Assembly: GCA_963798045.1 (NCBI GenBank)
Contig: CAWCSB010000022.1
Coordinates: forward strand, 169,005-233,004
Source: an uncultured Actinomycetota bacterium
Lineage (GTDB): Bacteria > Actinomycetota > Actinomycetes > Propionibacteriales > Nocardioidaceae
Direction of reading: 5' to 3'
Length of the DNA: 64,000 nt
Position numbers and translations under genes: made by a program. The notes under the pieces were generated by a model. It was not told where the DNA came from. It made no database searches and worked only from the letters and a program-made list of their open reading frames with translations. How positions within the stretch are numbered: position 1 is the stretch's first letter; each line of letters starts with the position of its first letter. Of the stretch, positions 23,331-32,499 are shown piece by piece.

Positions 23331-23937
23331 TGGCCGACATGCGCAGCCGCGGACCTCGCCGGCGCACCCGACCGGGCCGCGGTCCGGGGGCGCCCAGGCC
23401 GGCGCGCTCCGCGACCGCCCGCCCGGCGGGGAGGGTGCCGCGACTGCCGAGCGACCGCGCTCCCGGCTCACCGGCCGGGCCGCGGTCCTGGTGCTGGTGC
23501 TCGCCGTGCTGACCGTGTCCTACGCGTCGTCGCTGCGCGCCTACCTGCAGCAGCGCTCGCACATCAACGAGCTCAAGTCCCAGATCGCGGACCACGAGGC
23601 GAACATCGACACGCTCGAGTCGGAGAAGGACCGGTGGGACGACCCGGCCTACGTCGCGAAGCAGGCCCGCGAACGCCTCGGCTACGTCATGCCGGGTGAG
23701 AAGACCTACCTGGTGCTCGGCGAGGACGGCAAGCCGCTCGAGCCCGCCTCGGAGCTGCAGGACCCGGACACGGTCATCTCGACCACGCAGACGCCCTGGT
23801 GGAGCGACGGCTGGGCCTCGGTCGAGCTGGCCGGCGACCCGCCGAAGACCGGCAGGCCCCCCGCGTCGGAGATCGACGGCACCAGGAAGGGCACCGGCGG
23901 CGAGGACTCGGCGGGGGAGACCCCCGAAGCGCCGTGA
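23330..23937 (+). CDS. divIC: DivIC/FtsB septum formation initiator (apparent frameshift in the N-terminal region)
   Basis: RLTGRAAVLVLVL TM, coiled coil, ARERLGYVMPGE. The ATG at 23330 (TAATG overlap with eno) is out of frame with the body. Confidence 0.85.
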
Positions 23938-24425
23938 CGCACACGTCCGACCTCGAGGCGGTCGGCCGGCAGCTCGGGCGTCCCGCGCGCGGGGTGCACG
24001 CCGTCGCGCACCGCTGCCCCTGCGGGCTGCCCGACGTGGTGGCCACCGAGCCCCGGTTGGACGACGGCACGCCGTTCCCGACCACCTTCTACCTCACCTG
24101 TCCGCGGGCGGCGTCGCGGATCGGCTCGCTCGAGGGCTCCGGCCTCATGAAGGACATGGAGGCCCGGCTCGGCGACGACCCCGACCTGGCGGCGGCGTAC
24201 GCCGGTGCGCACGAGCAGTATCTCGCCGCGCGTGCCGAGCTCGGCAGCGTGCCGGAGATCGAGGGCATCTCCGCCGGCGGCATGCCGGACCGGGTCAAGT
24301 GCCTGCACGTGCTGGCCGCACAGTCGCTCGCCCAGGGCCGCGGCGTGAACCCGCTCGGCGACGAGGTGCTCGACGAGCTGGGGGACTGGTGGGCGCCCGG
24401 ACCCTGCGTCGGCGCCGATGAGTGA
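23934..24425 (+). CDS. DUF501 family protein
   Basis: RQLGR, GTPFPTTFYLTCP, GGMPDRVKCLH; eno-divIC-DUF501-ppx synteny. Confidence 0.93.
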   Translation: MTHTSDLEAVGRQLGRPARGVHAVAHRCPCGLPDVVATEPRLDDGTPFPTTFYLTCPRAASRIGSLEGSGLMKDMEARLGDDPDLAAAYAGAHEQYLAARAELGSVPEIEGISAGGMPDRVKCLHVLAAQSLAQGRGVNPLGDEVLDELGDWWAPGPCVGADE

Positions 24426-25326
24426 CACCGTCGCCGCGATCGACTGCGGCACCAACACCGTCAAGCTGCTCGTCGGGGCGCTGCCCGAGGTCGCGGTGCG
24501 AGAGACCCGCATCGTCCGGCTCGGCCAGGGCGTCGACGCGTCGGGCCGCCTGGCCGACGACGCGCTGGCCCGCACCTTCGAAGCCCTCGACGAGTACGCC
24601 GGGCTGATCCGTGCCCACGGCGTCACCCGGATCCGGTTCTGTGCCACCTCGGCCACCCGCGACGCCGAGAACTCGGCCGTCTTCACCGACGGGGTGCGCG
24701 AGCGGCTGGGTGTTGTTCCGGAGGTGCTGTCGGGCGCGGAGGAGGCCGAGCTCGCCTACGACGGGGCGGTCCGAAACCTGCGCGACGAGCCCGCGCTGCC
24801 CGTCCTGGTGGTCGACATCGGCGGCGGCTCGACCGAGCTGATCCGCGGCGCCTCGCTCACCGACCCGCCGACCACCGCGCACTCCATGGACATCGGCTCG
24901 GTCCGGCTGCACGAGCGACACCTCCGCTCCGACCCTCCGACGATGGCTGAGGTCAACGCCTGCGTCGGCGACATCGAGCGGCACCTCGACGCGTGCCCGG
25001 TCTCGCCGGCGCGCGCCGCCACCGTCGTTGGTGTCGCCGGCACCGTGACGTCGGTCGCGGCCGGCGTGCTCGACCTGCCGGCCTACGACCGCGACGCGAT
25101 CGACCAGGCGGTGCTGGCGGTCGACCAGGTGCACGCGATGGTGGACCGCCTGGTGGGGATGACCGTCGCCGAGCGGCTCGCGCTGCCGTGGCTGCACCCC
25201 GGCCGGGCCGACGTGATCGACGCGGGCGCGCTGATCCTGTCGCGGGTGCTGCGGCGTACGCCGGTCGAGCACCTCGTCGTGTCCGAGTCCGACATCCTCG
25301 ACGGGATCGCCTGGTCGCTTGTGTGA
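24418..25326 (+). CDS. ppx: Ppx/GppA exopolyphosphatase
   Basis: IDCGTNT, ATSATRDA, DIGGGSTE, GRADVI. Confidence 0.95.
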   Translation: MSDTVAAIDCGTNTVKLLVGALPEVAVRETRIVRLGQGVDASGRLADDALARTFEALDEYAGLIRAHGVTRIRFCATSATRDAENSAVFTDGVRERLGVVPEVLSGAEEAELAYDGAVRNLRDEPALPVLVVDIGGGSTELIRGASLTDPPTTAHSMDIGSVRLHERHLRSDPPTMAEVNACVGDIERHLDACPVSPARAATVVGVAGTVTSVAAGVLDLPAYDRDAIDQAVLAVDQVHAMVDRLVGMTVAERLALPWLHPGRADVIDAGALILSRVLRRTPVEHLVVSESDILDGIAWSLV

Positions 25327-25354
25327 TCGGGGGGCGCCGGGGTACCGGCCCTCC

Positions 25355-25747
25355 ATGAGCACCCAGCAGACCGACGAACCGCTCGGCGCGGTCGTGCACC
25401 GGCTGTCCGAGCAGATCCCCGAGCTGGTGCGCTCCGAGATCCGGCTGGCCCAGGCCGAGCTGGCCGAGAAGGGCAAGCACGCCGGAGTCGGGATCGGGCT
25501 GTTCAGCGGCGCCGGGCTGCTCGCGCTCTACGGACTTGCCGGGCTCCTGGCCACCGCGGTCATCGCCCTGGATCTCGCGCTGCCGCTCTGGGTCGCGGCC
25601 CTCATCGTGACGGTCTTCTTGTTCGCCGCTGCCGGCGCTGCCGCCCTGATCGGCAAGAAGCAGGTCAGCCAGGCCACCCCGCCCGCGCCGGAGAAGGCGA
25701 TCGCGGGGGTCAAGCAGGACGTCGAGGCCGTGAAGGGGAACCACTGA
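25355..25747 (+). CDS. Phage_holin_3_6/DUF1469-type membrane protein
   Basis: LVRSEIRLAQAEL plus two TMs. Confidence 0.85.
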   Translation: MSTQQTDEPLGAVVHRLSEQIPELVRSEIRLAQAELAEKGKHAGVGIGLFSGAGLLALYGLAGLLATAVIALDLALPLWVAALIVTVFLFAAAGAAALIGKKQVSQATPPAPEKAIAGVKQDVEAVKGNH

Positions 25748-25941
25748 TGCCGTCGCAGAAGCAAGCGGAGCTCGAGGCCGACATCGCACGGCAGCGTGAG
25801 CAGCTGGCCGACACGGTCAACGAGCTCACGGAGCAGGTCCAGGTACGCGCGAAGACCACCGCCAAGCAGGCCGCCGTCGTGGCGGGTGCCCTCGCGGTCG
25901 TCGCCGTCGCCGTCATCGTTCTGAAGAGGAGAAGGTCATGA
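25747..25941 (+). CDS. DUF3618 small protein
   Basis: ELEADIARQREQLADTVNEL plus a C-terminal TM. Confidence 0.8.
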   Translation: MPSQKQAELEADIARQREQLADTVNELTEQVQVRAKTTAKQAAVVAGALAVVAVAVIVLKRRRS

Positions 25942-26213
25942 GCAAGCTGTCACTGCTGGCCGCCGCGGGGGTCGGGTACGTGCTCGGAGCCCGGGCCGGC
26001 CGCCAGCGCTACGAGCAGATCGCCGCCACCGCGCGCAAGGTCGCCGACAACCCGAAGGTGCAGCGGGTCGCGCACCGGGCCCAGGACGCCGCCGCCCACC
26101 AGGCGGCCGCCGCGGCCGAGGTCGCGAAGGACAAGGTGTCCTCCGCCGCGTCCAGCGCGGCCGACAAGGTCCGCGGGAACGACTCGCAGATCGGGATGCA
26201 GGCGACGCCGTAG
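25938..26213 (+). CDS. Small YtxH-like membrane-anchored protein
   Basis: GVGYVLGARAGRQRYEQI. Confidence 0.75.
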   Translation: MSKLSLLAAAGVGYVLGARAGRQRYEQIAATARKVADNPKVQRVAHRAQDAAAHQAAAAAEVAKDKVSSAASSAADKVRGNDSQIGMQATP

Positions 26214-26238
26214 CGCTCGCCGTCCCTAGGCTGGCCGC

Positions 26239-27066
26239 CTGACCGAGCTCCCGCACCCGGCGACCGGACAGCCGTTCCCGTCGCCGGTCCCGCCCGGCAC
26301 CGGCTGGCCCGGTGACCCGGCCACGCCCGCGACACCGGTGGCGCGGACGGTGGCACAGGTCCGTCGCCTCGCGGCCGGCGCGACGCTCGACGAGCTGGGC
26401 GCGGAGGTCTCGGTCTGCCGCGCCTGCCCACGACTGGTCCGCTGGCGCGAGGACGTCGCGGTGGCCAAGCGGGCGTCGTACGCCGCCGAGCCCTACTGGG
26501 GCCGGCCCATCCCCGGCTGGGGGTCGCCGACCCCGGCGGTGCTCATCGTGGGCCTCGCCCCCGCCGCCCACGGAGCCAACCGCACCGGCCGGGTCTTCAC
26601 CGGTGACCGCTCCGGGGACTGGCTGTTCGCGTCGCTGCACCGGGTCGGGCTGGCGACCCGGGCCACCTCCGTCGACGCCGCCGACGGGCTCGAGCTGGTC
26701 GACACCCGGATGGTGGCGACGGTCCGCTGTGCGCCCCCGCAGAACAAGCCCAGCACCGCTGAGCGCGACACCTGCGCCCCCTGGATCGAGGCCGAGCTCG
26801 GGCTGCTGGTCGAGCACGTCCGCGTCGTCGTGGCGCTCGGCTCGATCGGCTGGGACGCGACGCTGCGCTCGTTCCGGAGGATCGGCTGGCAGGTCCCAGC
26901 CCCCAAGCCGCGGTTCGGCCACGGCGCCGAAGCGGCGCTCGTCGGCGCCGGCCAAGAGATCACCCTGCTCGGCTGCTACCACCCGAGCCAGCAGAACACC
27001 TTCACCGGGCGGCTCACCGCGCCGATGCTCGACGCGGTGCTCGGGAGGGCCGCGGCTCTACGCTGA
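26239..27066 (+). CDS. udgB: Family-5 uracil-DNA glycosylase (UdgB); start may be CTG at 26239 or GTG at 26338
   Basis: [42 protein letters not shown]. Confidence 0.92.
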   Translation: MTELPHPATGQPFPSPVPPGTGWPGDPATPATPVARTVAQVRRLAAGATLDELGAEVSVCRACPRLVRWREDVAVAKRASYAAEPYWGRPIPGWGSPTPAVLIVGLAPAAHGANRTGRVFTGDRSGDWLFASLHRVGLATRATSVDAADGLELVDTRMVATVRCAPPQNKPSTAERDTCAPWIEAELGLLVEHVRVVVALGSIGWDATLRSFRRIGWQVPAPKPRFGHGAEAALVGAGQEITLLGCYHPSQQNTFTGRLTAPMLDAVLGRAAALR

Positions 27067-27070
27067 CCGG

Positions 27071-27144
27071 GCCCCCGTGTCCCAACCGGCAGAGGAGGTC
27101 GCCTTAAAAGCGACTGGTTGTGGGTTCGAGTCCCACCGGGGGCA
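27071..27144 (+). tRNA. tRNA-Leu(UAA), 74 nt, short variable loop, CCA not encoded
   Basis: Acceptor GCCCCCG/CGGGGGC with discriminator A; anticodon arm GTCGC-CTTAAAA-GCGAC; T arm GTGGG-TTCGAGT-CCCAC. Confidence 0.93.
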
Positions 27145-27165
27145 CTGCGGACCATGGAACCGGCG

Positions 27166-28134
27166 TCACCACCAATAGTTGTCTTGCGTGGCGTATGACT
27201 CCTCCAGCGTGGCCACCTCGACATCGGTGAGGGCCACGTCCAGTGCCGCCACGGCGTCCCGCAGGTGATGCGGCTTGGTGGCTCCGACGATCGGGGCAGA
27301 CACCACCGGCTTCGACAACACCCACGCGAGAGCGACCTGGGCCATCGGGATGCTACGGGCCACAGCGATTGCTTCGATCGCCTCGACAACGGGCTGGTCG
27401 ATGTCCCGGTCGAAGGCCTTGGCCACCGCGTCGGTCGATGCCCGAGCGGTTTGCACACCCCACGGCCGCGCTGCTCGCCCCTTGGCCAGCGGTGAGTACG
27501 GAGTCAGCCCGACGCCCTGGTCGAGGCAGAGCGGGATCATCTCGCGCTCCTCTTCACGCCTGAGGACGCTGTACTGGTCCTGCATCGCCGAGAACCTGGT
27601 CCAGCCATTCAGCTGGGCGGCGTGCTGCATCTTCGCGAACTGCCAGGCCCACATGGACGAGGCGCCCAGATAGCGCACCTTCCCGGCGACCACGAGGTCG
27701 TGCAGGGTCTCCATCGTTTCCTCGACCGGCACCTGCTCGTCGAAGCGATGGACGTAGTAGAGGTCGAGGTAGTCGGTGCCGAGCCGACGCAGCGAGGCGT
27801 CCAGCTGCTCCAGGATCGCCTTGCGAGACAACCCGCTGCCGCCGGGACCGTCGTGCATCTTCCCGCACACCTTGCTGGAGAGGACGATGTCCTCACGCCG
27901 GGAGTACGTCCGGATGGCGCGGCCCACGAACTCTTCAGAGGTTCCGCCCTGGTAGACGTTGGCGGTGTCCCAGAAGGTGATGCCCAGCTCGACAGCCTGC
28001 TGGAAGAACGCCGAGGCGGCATCCTCGTCCAGAGTCCACTGGTGCATCCCCGTCCCTGCCTGCCCGTAGCTCATGCATCCCAAGGCGACCCGACTCACCT
28101 GAAGGCCGGACATCCCCAGACGAACGGTCTGCAT
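27166..28134 (-). CDS. Aldo/keto reductase
   Basis: LGCMSYG, WDTANVY, SLRRLGTDYLDLYYVHRFD, GKVRYLGASS. Confidence 0.95.
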   Translation of the reverse strand: MQTVRLGMSGLQVSRVALGCMSYGQAGTGMHQWTLDEDAASAFFQQAVELGITFWDTANVYQGGTSEEFVGRAIRTYSRREDIVLSSKVCGKMHDGPGGSGLSRKAILEQLDASLRRLGTDYLDLYYVHRFDEQVPVEETMETLHDLVVAGKVRYLGASSMWAWQFAKMQHAAQLNGWTRFSAMQDQYSVLRREEEREMIPLCLDQGVGLTPYSPLAKGRAARPWGVQTARASTDAVAKAFDRDIDQPVVEAIEAIAVARSIPMAQVALAWVLSKPVVSAPIVGATKPHHLRDAVAALDVALTDVEVATLEESYATQDNYWW

Positions 28135-28184
28135 CCACGCATCCTCACATGATCCCGAAGCCGTCGACCCGCACTCTCGAGTGC

Positions 28185-29780
28185 CTACGGATGCGGCACC
28201 GGGCGCTCGGGGAAGAGCTCGGCCGCTAGGTCGAGGTGCCGCTGCCCGGCCTGGTCATCTCCGAGGGCGAGCTCGGCCAGCCCCAGCGTCACGAGCCCCT
28301 CGAACGAGTCGGGCGTCGCTCGCAGGGCCTCCTCCGCGAGGTCGAGGGCCAGTGCCGGGTCGCTCGCGAGGCTCGCCTCGGCGCCGACCAGGGCGAGGTC
28401 GGAGTCCCACGGACGCCAGCGCTGCGCGCTGTCCAGCGCCGAGCGAGCGTCGTCGGAGTGGCCGGCCCGGGCGTCGTCGACGGCGCGGCCGAGCTGCACC
28501 TCGGCGACACAGCAGCAGGCCATGGCGAGCGCTCCCGCGGCCAGGACGGCGGTCAGCCCGCGACGCGGCCAGGGTCGTTCGACGGCCGGGGCGGGTTCGG
28601 CGACGAGGGCGCCGGTGAGGAACGCCGCCAGGCAGGTCGGCCCGGCGGCGGTCGGGTTGGCCAGCACCGCGACGCCGTACGCCGCGACCGCCACGAGCAC
28701 GCCGGCCGCCTCGGGATGCTCGCTGACGACCGCGAGGGCGCGCCGGGCGACGAGCACGGCCAGCACGACGAAGCAGACCAGCAGCGGCAGCCCGCCCGCC
28801 ACCGCGGCCTGCAGGAGCACGTCGTGCGGTGAGTCAGCGAGGGTTCGCGGCCCGGTGAAGCGCACGAACTCCGGTGTCTCGTGGCGGCCGACGGCGTCGA
28901 CGTACCGGCTCGGGCCGAGACCGAGCCACGGGTGGTCGCGGACCAGGTCGAGCGTGAGCCGCCACTGCTCCAGGCGGCCGTTGCCGGTTTGCGCGGACAG
29001 CAGCCGATCGCGGGTGCCGGAGACGGACAGGGCCACGGCCGCGAGGCCGGCGACCGCGATGAGCAACGGTCGGACCAGGGCTCGCCGCCGCAGTGCCAGG
29101 GACGCGAGTCCGAGTGCGGTGAGTGCCAGGGCCACCCGGGATCCCGAGGCCGCGACAGTCACGACGGCGCCGGCCAGGCCGGCCAGCAGCAGGCCGTCGC
29201 GGCGCACCTCGAGCACACCCGCGACCACCAGCGCCGCCATCATCGCCACCAGACCCTGGTCGGTGGCGTTGCCGAGCACCGACCCGCTCCGCTCCAGCGT
29301 CGACGGTCCCAACGGCGACGAGGAGGCAAGCTCCAGCACGGCGAACGCACCGAGCGCGACCGCCATCCCGCTCAGCGCGTGCGCGAGCTGTACGACGCGG
29401 GCCCGGCCCCGGCCGCCGATCCGGGCGCCGAGCCACGCCGCGGCGACGTACACCCCGAGCACGGGCAGCCCCTCGTAGCGCGGGAAGCGTCCGACGAGCG
29501 ACGGCACCGGTGTCTCGCCGGCGAGCGCCGCCGCCGCGAGCACGAGCGCCCCGACCCCCAGGCCCAGCAGGACCACTCGCGGCAGCCGGCCGTCGCGCGG
29601 CACGGTCGAGCCGACCACCGCGGCCAGCGCGACGACGAGCAGCTTGGCCCACACGAAGCGGCTGTGGCCGCCCGGCACCCAGACCAGCACCGACGCAGCC
29701 ATCAGCCACAGGGCCAGCAGCCGCCGGTTCTGGACCGCGGCGGACGACACCGCTGCTGCTGCGGCGGGCGGGGTGCGCAC
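28185..29780 (-). CDS. O-antigen ligase / O-oligosaccharyltransferase-like membrane protein with C-terminal TPR-like helices
   Basis: Many TMs; SGSR, GRLEQW, HPWLGLGP, SPHDVLLQ (Wzy_C His motif). Confidence 0.75.
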   Translation of the reverse strand: MRTPPAAAAAVSSAAVQNRRLLALWLMAASVLVWVPGGHSRFVWAKLLVVALAAVVGSTVPRDGRLPRVVLLGLGVGALVLAAAALAGETPVPSLVGRFPRYEGLPVLGVYVAAAWLGARIGGRGRARVVQLAHALSGMAVALGAFAVLELASSSPLGPSTLERSGSVLGNATDQGLVAMMAALVVAGVLEVRRDGLLLAGLAGAVVTVAASGSRVALALTALGLASLALRRRALVRPLLIAVAGLAAVALSVSGTRDRLLSAQTGNGRLEQWRLTLDLVRDHPWLGLGPSRYVDAVGRHETPEFVRFTGPRTLADSPHDVLLQAAVAGGLPLLVCFVVLAVLVARRALAVVSEHPEAAGVLVAVAAYGVAVLANPTAAGPTCLAAFLTGALVAEPAPAVERPWPRRGLTAVLAAGALAMACCCVAEVQLGRAVDDARAGHSDDARSALDSAQRWRPWDSDLALVGAEASLASDPALALDLAEEALRATPDSFEGLVTLGLAELALGDDQAGQRHLDLAAELFPERPVPHP

Positions 29781-29893
29781 CGGCCGGAGAGTAGCCCGAA
29801 CGAGTCATCTTCGGACCAATCCGTGCGTTGCCGGGGTGACGGGCTCGCGATGGCCCATAGGGTGCCTCGACTCCGGAAGAAAAGGCCACATCG

Positions 29894-31750
29894 ATGCCCG
29901 ACGACGTCCAGGTCTATGACCACGCCGTACTCAGCGCCCGCGCACGCCGCCTGCTCGTCGTGCTCGCCGGGGTCGCCGCGCTGGTGCTCGGCCTGGTGGC
30001 TCCGGCGCAGGCGGCCAACGGCCACATCGTCGGCACCGTCACCAGTGCGGGCGCCGTTCCGCTCGAGGACGTCTGGGTCGACGTCTACGACATGGACGAG
30101 CAGGAGTACGTGGGTGGGGACGACACCGACGCGCAGGGGCAGTACGACGTCGCGCTGCCCGCCGGCACCTACCTGGTTGTCTTCTATTCGAACGACGAGA
30201 ACTACGAGCCCGAGCTGTACGACGACGTCCACGACTTCGACATCGACGCGGCCACCCCGGTCGTCGTCACGGACGGGGGCAGCACCCAGGCCGACGCCGA
30301 GCTGACCCGCACCGCCTCGATCTCCGGTCACCTGACGATGAACGCCGCCGATCCGGAGGACGCCGTGCGGGTCTACGACGACGAGGGCGACGTCGCCGGC
30401 TGGGGCTGGGTGGAGTCCGACGGCAGCTACGAGGTCAACGGTCTCCAGGCCGGCAGCTATCGGCTCGCCTTCAACCGGCTCAGCGGCTTCGCGTTCTCGG
30501 CCGCTCAGTTCTTCGACGACCACGAGGAGCAAGCTGGGCTGGCCTCCGCCGACCAGGTCACGCTGGCCAGCGGCGAGGCACGCACCGGCATCGACGCCGT
30601 GCTCGTCGAGGGCGGCCATGTCATCGGCACGTTGCGAGACAGCGACGGACAGCCGATCCACTGCAGGCTCCAGGCGTTCACCACCGACCGCTCGCTCGTC
30701 ACGCGCTCGGGCTGGAGCGACGCGACCACCGGCGCCTTCGACATCACCGGCCTCACGACCGGCAGCTACCTGGTCCGGGTGGTCAACGGCCAGGCCTGCC
30801 AGAACGGTCTGCAGTACGTCGAGGGGACCGGTGGCCCGCTGAGCACCGACCTGGCCGACGCGGAGGGAGTCGCCACGACCCTCGGCGACGACACTCCGCT
30901 CACCACCCCGCTCGTCTACGACCTCGGCCCGCAGCCCAGCAGCGTCGTGCCGCCGTCGATCAGTGGGACGCCCGTCGTCGGTGCGCTGCTGACCGCCGGC
31001 CACGGCACCTGGTCGCCCAGCTCCCACCTCACCTACAGCTACCAGTGGCTCTCCGGCGGCACCCCGATCGCCGGCGCCGCCCAGCGCACCTACCGCGCCG
31101 CCCAGGCGGACACCGGGAAGGCGCTCGCGGTCCTGGTCACCGCCCACCGCGGCAGCCGGACCGGGTACGCCCTGTCGCCGGCCACCCAGCCGGTCAGCGG
31201 CGGAGGAGTGGCCAACCTGAGTGCGCCCAGCGTCTCCGGGCCGGCCGAAGTCGATGCGACGCTGACGGTCAACCCCGGTGGCTGGTCGGTCCCGGGCGTG
31301 ACGTTCAGCTACCAGTGGACCTCCGGGCCGAGGGTCCTGGCCACGACCAGCAGCCCGTCGTTCAAGGTCCCGGACAGCGTCTTCAGGCAGCCTCTCGGGC
31401 TGACGGTGATCGCCAGCCGGACCGGGTACGCCAGCGGCAGCGCGTACCTACCCGTGTCCTCGAAGGTGCTGCCCGGCCACTGGCCGTCGATCAAGCTGCC
31501 GCAGATCCGTGGCAAGGCCACGCTGGGTTCGACGCTGACGGTCCACGCCGCCAAGGTGAGGCCCAACGCTCGCACCGTCTCGTTCCACTGGTTCCGCGAC
31601 GGCAAGCGGATCTCGTCTGCCACCTACAAGCACTACCTGCTGACCGCTGCCGATGTCGGGCACCGGATCCGCGTCTACGTCATCTACGGCCGGCAGCACT
31701 ACGAGAAGACCGGCATCGTGTCGAAGAAGACCCGCAAGGTGACCCGCTGA
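29894..31750 (+). CDS. Secreted surface protein with carboxypeptidase-regulatory-like beta domains and three Ig-like repeats
   Basis: Signal peptide ending AQA; repeated GxYxVxGLxxGSY; PSISGTPVVG..YSYQW repeats. Confidence 0.8.
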   Translation: MPDDVQVYDHAVLSARARRLLVVLAGVAALVLGLVAPAQAANGHIVGTVTSAGAVPLEDVWVDVYDMDEQEYVGGDDTDAQGQYDVALPAGTYLVVFYSNDENYEPELYDDVHDFDIDAATPVVVTDGGSTQADAELTRTASISGHLTMNAADPEDAVRVYDDEGDVAGWGWVESDGSYEVNGLQAGSYRLAFNRLSGFAFSAAQFFDDHEEQAGLASADQVTLASGEARTGIDAVLVEGGHVIGTLRDSDGQPIHCRLQAFTTDRSLVTRSGWSDATTGAFDITGLTTGSYLVRVVNGQACQNGLQYVEGTGGPLSTDLADAEGVATTLGDDTPLTTPLVYDLGPQPSSVVPPSISGTPVVGALLTAGHGTWSPSSHLTYSYQWLSGGTPIAGAAQRTYRAAQADTGKALAVLVTAHRGSRTGYALSPATQPVSGGGVANLSAPSVSGPAEVDATLTVNPGGWSVPGVTFSYQWTSGPRVLATTSSPSFKVPDSVFRQPLGLTVIASRTGYASGSAYLPVSSKVLPGHWPSIKLPQIRGKATLGSTLTVHAAKVRPNARTVSFHWFRDGKRISSATYKHYLLTAADVGHRIRVYVIYGRQHYEKTGIVSKKTRKVTR

Positions 31751-31824
31751 CCCCCGTATCCCTGCTGACTCCCTGCTCACCCCTTGGGCTCCGGGGTGGG
31801 CCGTCAGGTGGGATCGTGGGATGC

Positions 31825-32469
31825 ATGGACGAGTCGGACGAAGCGCACGTCTTCACCCAGCAGTACTGGGACCAGAAGTACGCCGAGCACGAGCGAGTCT
31901 GGTCCGGGCTTCCCAACCAGCGGCTGGTCGAGCTGGTGGCGGACCTGCCGGCCGGAACGGCGCTCGATGTGGGCTGCGGTGAGGGCGCCGACGTCGTGTG
32001 GCTGGCGGAGCACGGCTGGCGCGCGACCGGTGCCGACCTCTCGATGGTCGCCCTCGAGAAGGCCCGGAAGCATGCCGAGGACGCCCAGGTGGCGGACCGC
32101 ACCGAGTGGGTGCACGTCGACCTGCTCGCCGGCGATCCCCTGCCGGCGGAGGCGGACCTGGTCTCGGCGATGTACGTGCACGTGCCCGAGGCCGACTTCG
32201 ACCGGGTCTACGCCGCCATCGCGGGGGCCGTCCGACCCGGCGGCACCCTGCTCGTCGCGGGCCACCACCCGGACGAGCGGCACACCGACCTGCGCAACCC
32301 GCACCTGAGCCACCTGCTCTTCGGGCCGGAGCGGGTGACCTCGCTCCTCGGGGACGGCTGGAGCATCGACGTCGCCGAGGCGCGGACCCGCGAGCTCGGA
32401 GACGACCACGGCCACGGGCACGGGTCGGCGGTCGCGACGGACACGGTGGTGCTGGCACGGCGGGCGTGA
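31825..32469 (+). CDS. Class I SAM-dependent methyltransferase
   Basis: ALDVGCGEGAD, VRPGGTLL. Confidence 0.92.
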   Translation: MDESDEAHVFTQQYWDQKYAEHERVWSGLPNQRLVELVADLPAGTALDVGCGEGADVVWLAEHGWRATGADLSMVALEKARKHAEDAQVADRTEWVHVDLLAGDPLPAEADLVSAMYVHVPEADFDRVYAAIAGAVRPGGTLLVAGHHPDERHTDLRNPHLSHLLFGPERVTSLLGDGWSIDVAEARTRELGDDHGHGHGSAVATDTVVLARRA

Positions 32470-32499
32470 CCTGACCGGCGCCGCAGAGTTGTCAGCGGT

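Noticed and set aside
25355-26213. Holin-annotated gene near a tRNA as a possible prophage
   Set aside because: The DUF1469/DUF3618/YtxH-like trio is a common chromosomal module. No integrase, structural phage genes or att duplication were seen.
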